From contig JAIVFI010000043.1 in the NCBI GenBank assembly GCA_025558095.1, positions 310,001-374,000 of the forward strand: a DNA stretch of 64,000 nt. The letters are read 5' to 3'. Positions 59,671 to 64,000 of the stretch are shown here, one piece after another (position 1 is the first letter of the stretch; each line of letters opens with the position of its first letter). The notes beneath the pieces were generated by a model. That model ran no database searches, was not told the origin of the DNA, and saw only the letters and a program-made list of their open reading frames with translations. The stretch is from Hyaloraphidium curvatum SAG 235-1. Its lineage: Eukaryota; Fungi; Monoblepharomycota. Position numbers and translations under genes: made by a program.

Positions 59671-62600
59671 ATCCAAGCTCTTGAACCACATGTGGAACCT
59701 CTTCCTGGAACTTCCCCGCTGCCGGACGGCACGGACCCTTCATCTCCTGGCGGATCGCCGGAGTTGTCGGATTCCGCGACCGATGAACCGACGGCGGAGG
59801 ACCACGTTCATCATTGGCCCTTCGGGGGCACGGAGTACATCCTCTTCCTCGAGGCGGAGGCAGCTCGACAGGCCGCCGTTCGTCAGCAGCGGGAGGCGCT
59901 CATGCCGATCGACGAGACCCTGGCCCCGCCGCCGGCAGCGGATTCGGCGTCGCCCGGCTCGGTCGAGGTCGTGGGAAACGGTGAACCGGCGGCACAGGAT
60001 GCGGACGCGGGATCAGCGGATGCACCTATGCACGAGGGCCCGACCGTCCGCGCCGTTCCCGGACCTTTCGAAAGGCCCCCTCCTCCTTCCGCCTACGCAC
60101 GACCACCGCTGCCTGGCCCTCGGCCTCGCCCGCGGCCACCTGCTCCGGTCGCCCCTCCGCCGGATCGCTGGACGTGGACTTCGCAAGTGCAGTTCCACTA
60201 TCAGGCGGCACGCGTTTCGGCATGGGTCAACGGCGTGAATACCCCCGCGGCCCTCGTCGACTCCGGTGCCTCAGTGGTGGCGGTTCGGTCGTCCTTCTTC
60301 TGCCGGATCCACCCGTCGCCACCGATCAAACCATGGACGACGTGATCCTCGGCACCCCTTGGCTCTCCGCCCTACGCGTTCAGATGGACTGGGAGACGCC
60401 GGTCCTCTATTTCAAGGACGATCCGGAGGGGGTCGTCGTGCCAATGCACATTGTTGCGCGACCGCTCTTCGGATCACACCTGGTCGCCCCGCTCCATTCA
60501 ACCACCTCCATCACGGTCTACCCCAACGAGGACGTCTCGATCACCGCTGAGCTGGCCCCGACGACTCCCTTGGCGACCGTCGTGGAGATGGACTTGACAG
60601 GGGTCATCGAGACGCCGAACACTTCGCCGTTCGATCGCCTCTTCATCATCCCGTCGGCGACGCCCGACAGAGACGGTCGGCTGCCGATTCTCATCCGCAA
60701 CTACGGGACGACACCGGTCACGATCGGCCCGGGCACCCACCTCGGCCGCTTCCGCGTGCGGATTCCTGGATTTCTCGCTCCGGAACCGCCCACGTATCTG
60801 GCTCCCGCGCAGATCTCGATGCTGGAGCCCGAGCTGCCCCACACCGAACCGGCCGAATCCACGCTCACGGTCGAGGAGACCATCGATCTGTTCGCGGTGC
60901 CCTCGCCGGGATCGATTGGACCACCTCAGCCTCCCGGCGTGGAGCCTCCTCCGGTCGAGGCTATCGAGCTCAAGATGGACCAAACGATCCTGAGCGAGGG
61001 GGACAAACCTCGTTTCCATAAGCTCTGCGACCGCTACCGGGACGTGTTTGGTCCTTGGATCGGCAAGCTGCGCAACCATCGCTTCCGGATCGACACGGGC
61101 GACCTCAAGCCGATCCACCAGATGCCGTACCGGACCCCGTTCCGGCTTCGCGGGGAAATGGACAAGATCATCGACGACCTGCTCGTGCAGGGCGTAGTCG
61201 TCCCCTCGCGAAGCCCCTGGGCCACGCCCTGCATCATGGTGCCAAAAGGGCACGGCTCGGGCGAATGGCGCCTGGTGATCGATTACCGGAAGCTCAACGC
61301 CGCCACCAAGCGCGACGTCTACCCGATGAAGAACCCAAGCGACACTCTCGCTCTCCTCAGCGCGGCCAAGGTGTGGAGCGTTTGCGACATCCGCTCCGGC
61401 TTTTGGCACGTGGAGGTGGCCGACGAGGACAAGGAAAAGACGGCCTTCACGACGCACCGCGGTCTCTACCAGTGGGAGCGGATGGCCATGGGCTTTACCA
61501 ACGCTCCTGCAACCTTTGCTCGGATCATGGACGAGCTCCTCGCCGGCCTCCAGTGGTACTGCTTGGTGGTCTTCATCGACGACATCATTATCTTCTCGCA
61601 GACGGTCGACGAGCACCTCGTGCACCTGGAGCTCCTCTTTGACCGACTGCGCGAGGCCGGGATGACTCTGAAGCTGGCCAAATGCAAGTTCTTCCGCCGC
61701 GAGGTCAAATACCTCGGGCATTACGTCACCGCCGACGGCCTCAAGGTCGACCCCGAGAAGACCCGCGCGGTGGACCAGTTCCCCCGCCCAACGACCAAGA
61801 AGGAGCTCCAATCGTTTCTCGGCCTCTCCAACTACTATCGCCCCTTCATTGCCGGCTACGCCAACATTGCCAGCCCGCTCACCCGCCTGACGCAGGACGG
61901 CGTCTCGGTCTCTCGGGCCTGGGACGACGCATGCGAGGCCGCCTTCCGTATGCTAAAGGAACGGCTTACGTCGGCGCCCGTGCTCCGTCGCCCCGACTTT
62001 TCCAAGCGCTTCGTCTTGTTCACGGATGCCAGCGATATCGGCCTCGGCGCGGTGCTCAGCCAGCGGGACTCCGATGGCAAGGAGTACGTCATCGCCTACG
62101 CCAGCCGCGCTCTGCAGCCGAACGAGCGCAAGTGGGACACTCGGGAGCGCGAAGCCCTGGCCGTTGTTTGGGCATGCGAGCATTTCCGGGCGTATTTGAT
62201 CGGGGACGAGTTTGAGGTGGTCACCGACCATAGCGCCCTCAAATGGCTCTTGGAGACCTCCAAGCCGGGCCGCCTACAGCGCTGGATCCTCCGGCTCTCG
62301 GACTTCAGGTTCCAGATCATCCATCGCTCGGGCAAAGCGAACTCCAACGCCGACTTCCTGTCTCGTCAGCTCGTGGCGCCGTCGCCCGACGAGGACGTGC
62401 CTATGGGCGACCCCGAGGAAATCTTGGACATCCCTGCCTTTTGGCCCCCAAACCCTCCCGACCCCTTGCCTTTTTCTTCTTTTTCTGGGGGGGGACGGGC
62501 GCCCGGATTCCTCTCCGGGAGTGATCTCGGTCAGACTTCCCGTTCTTCGTCAACCCCAGTCACCGAGTCAGACTCGGGACGAGCTACTGCGGGTTCCTCA

Positions 62601-64000
62601 GTCAATTGTGAATCAATGGAGCGAGTGCTGTCTGGCACGGAGTTCCCGGCCACGGTTGCCGCAGTGGAGGGAACCCTGTGGAGCGATCCGGGGACCCTGC
62701 CCGAGGCTGCGGCACCGGAGACGCAGATCCTCCTGCCGATCCCAACGACGAACGCACAGGTCGACCCGGCAGACGTGCCTGAGCGAGACCTGGCGTTCCT
62801 TCATCCGGCACTGCTTGAGGTGCTACCCGATGTCGGGGGCATCAGTGCTATTGACCTTGCCGACGTCAGATCCCGGGATGCCCTGCGCAAAGTGCAAGAA
62901 GCCGACGTCGAGACCAGCGCGCTGATCCGCTTCGTACGAGACGGGGAGCTCCCTCCCAACGTGAATCTGGCCAAATTCTGCAAGAAGTACGGCGAGCAGT
63001 ACTTCCTCGCTACGGACGGCGTGCTCTGCCGGCGCGATGTACTCGCGACTGGTACCCGTCGTATCCCGGTCACCCAGCTCGTGATACCGCACGAGCTGAG
63101 GGAGGCCTACCTGCAACGTGCGCACGACGATCCCCTGAGCGGGCACGTCGGGCGACACCGGGCGTACAGCAATCTGCGGCGCCGCGTATATTGGGTCGGC
63201 ATGGCGCACGACGTTCGCCGCTGGACGCGAGCCTGCCTTACATGCATGACCCGGAAGATGCCTTCGGTATCGAACCAGGGCTTACTGAAATCGGTTCCTC
63301 TCACAGGTCCCAACGAGGACATCTACATCGACTACATCGGCGAGATCAATCCGGCCACGCCCCGCGGCAACAAGTACCTTCTCGTCGTCTACGATCCGTT
63401 CACTAAATGGGTCGCGGCGTATCCGACTCCGGACCTCTCTGGGCCGACGACGGCGAAGCTGCTCTATACGCGATGGATTCTCGAGCACGGTCTTCCGAAG
63501 CGGATTCACCACGACAACGCCTCGAACCTGGACAACCATTACATGGAGTACCTGCTCAAGCTACTCGGCATCAACCGGGGCCTGGTCACGGTTGGGCATC
63601 CCAGGGCTTCCCTCGCGGAGCGCCCGAACCGGTGGATCATCGACGCCCTGAGCGCAGCGGTCTCCAAGAACTACCAGACATGGGACGAGGACATCGTGGG
63701 GGTCATCTTTGCCTTCCGGACCTCCATCCACGCGACGACCGGCGAAACTCCGTTCTTTCTGATGCATGGTCGGGATGCTCGTATTCCGCTCGACCTACTT
63801 TACGACGAGACCGAGATTCGCGAGCCAGTGCACCTGCGGGCCAGCGACGAGGAGGACAAGAAGACAGAGGATGAGCGCCGGCGGACCTACGTCGTGGAGC
63901 TCGTGGCGCAGCTTCGTGCGGCCTACGACCTGGTGGCCGAGAAGATGGCCGCAGCGGCGGAGACTCGGAACGCCAAGGCCAACGCTACCCGGCTTCCGAT
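59629..64000 (+). CDS. pol: Gypsy Pol (protease, RT, RNase H, integrase), with a frame break inside the protease at ~60333
   Basis: ALVDSGAS; then in a new frame DVILGTPWL, LVIDYRKLN, FTNAPATF, FIDD, TDASDIGLGAVL, TDHSAL, ADFLSR, H-x6-H..CLTC, IDYIG, HDNA, AERPNR. Confidence 0.9.

Larger units (their letters stand above)
57334..64000 (+). mobile_element. Ty3/Gypsy LTR retrotransposon, 3' part outside window
   Basis: LTR-PBS-gag-PR-RT-RH-IN order. Confidence 0.95.

Noticed and set aside
62468-62499. T-rich then G8 tract as a polypurine tract or frameshift
   Set aside because: The pol frame reads through it without a stop and no LTR follows; a central PPT cannot be supported.

Overview
GC-rich eukaryotic DNA with many short (~50-180 nt) GT-AG introns, most likely an early-diverging, chytrid-like fungus (inference from gene content, intron style and selenocysteine use). 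Positions 1-50,400 are gene-dense. They encode a GDP-mannose transporter, ETF-beta, an SCP2-type thiolase, a Mu-like GST, a BSP peptidase, a chromate transporter, an aromatic-catabolism trio, an SDR, an RGS protein, an esterase, a secreted serine protease, a quinone oxidoreductase, PEX11, an ankyrin-kinase, MYND and WW proteins, plus several pseudogenes. Positions 50,600-64,000 are a nest of retroelements. Four things stand out. (1) A selenoprotein U/FAM213A gene missed by the ORF track, with an in-frame UGA in a U-x-x-C motif and a canonical SECIS in its 3' UTR. (2) That gene lies between two near-identical, inverted tetraubiquitin genes whose flanks have diverged, which suggests gene conversion and a possibly invertible 3-kb segment. 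(3) Three intronless paralogues of an unnamed 7-TM family that resembles inverted-topology gustatory-receptor-like (7TMIC) channels. (4) A three-ORF CRE-clade non-LTR retrotransposon, head-to-tail with a truncated copy and interrupted by a Ty3/Gypsy element whose LTR, PBS and -1 frameshift signal are all visible. Exon boundaries and family calls were made by eye and no database searches were run.
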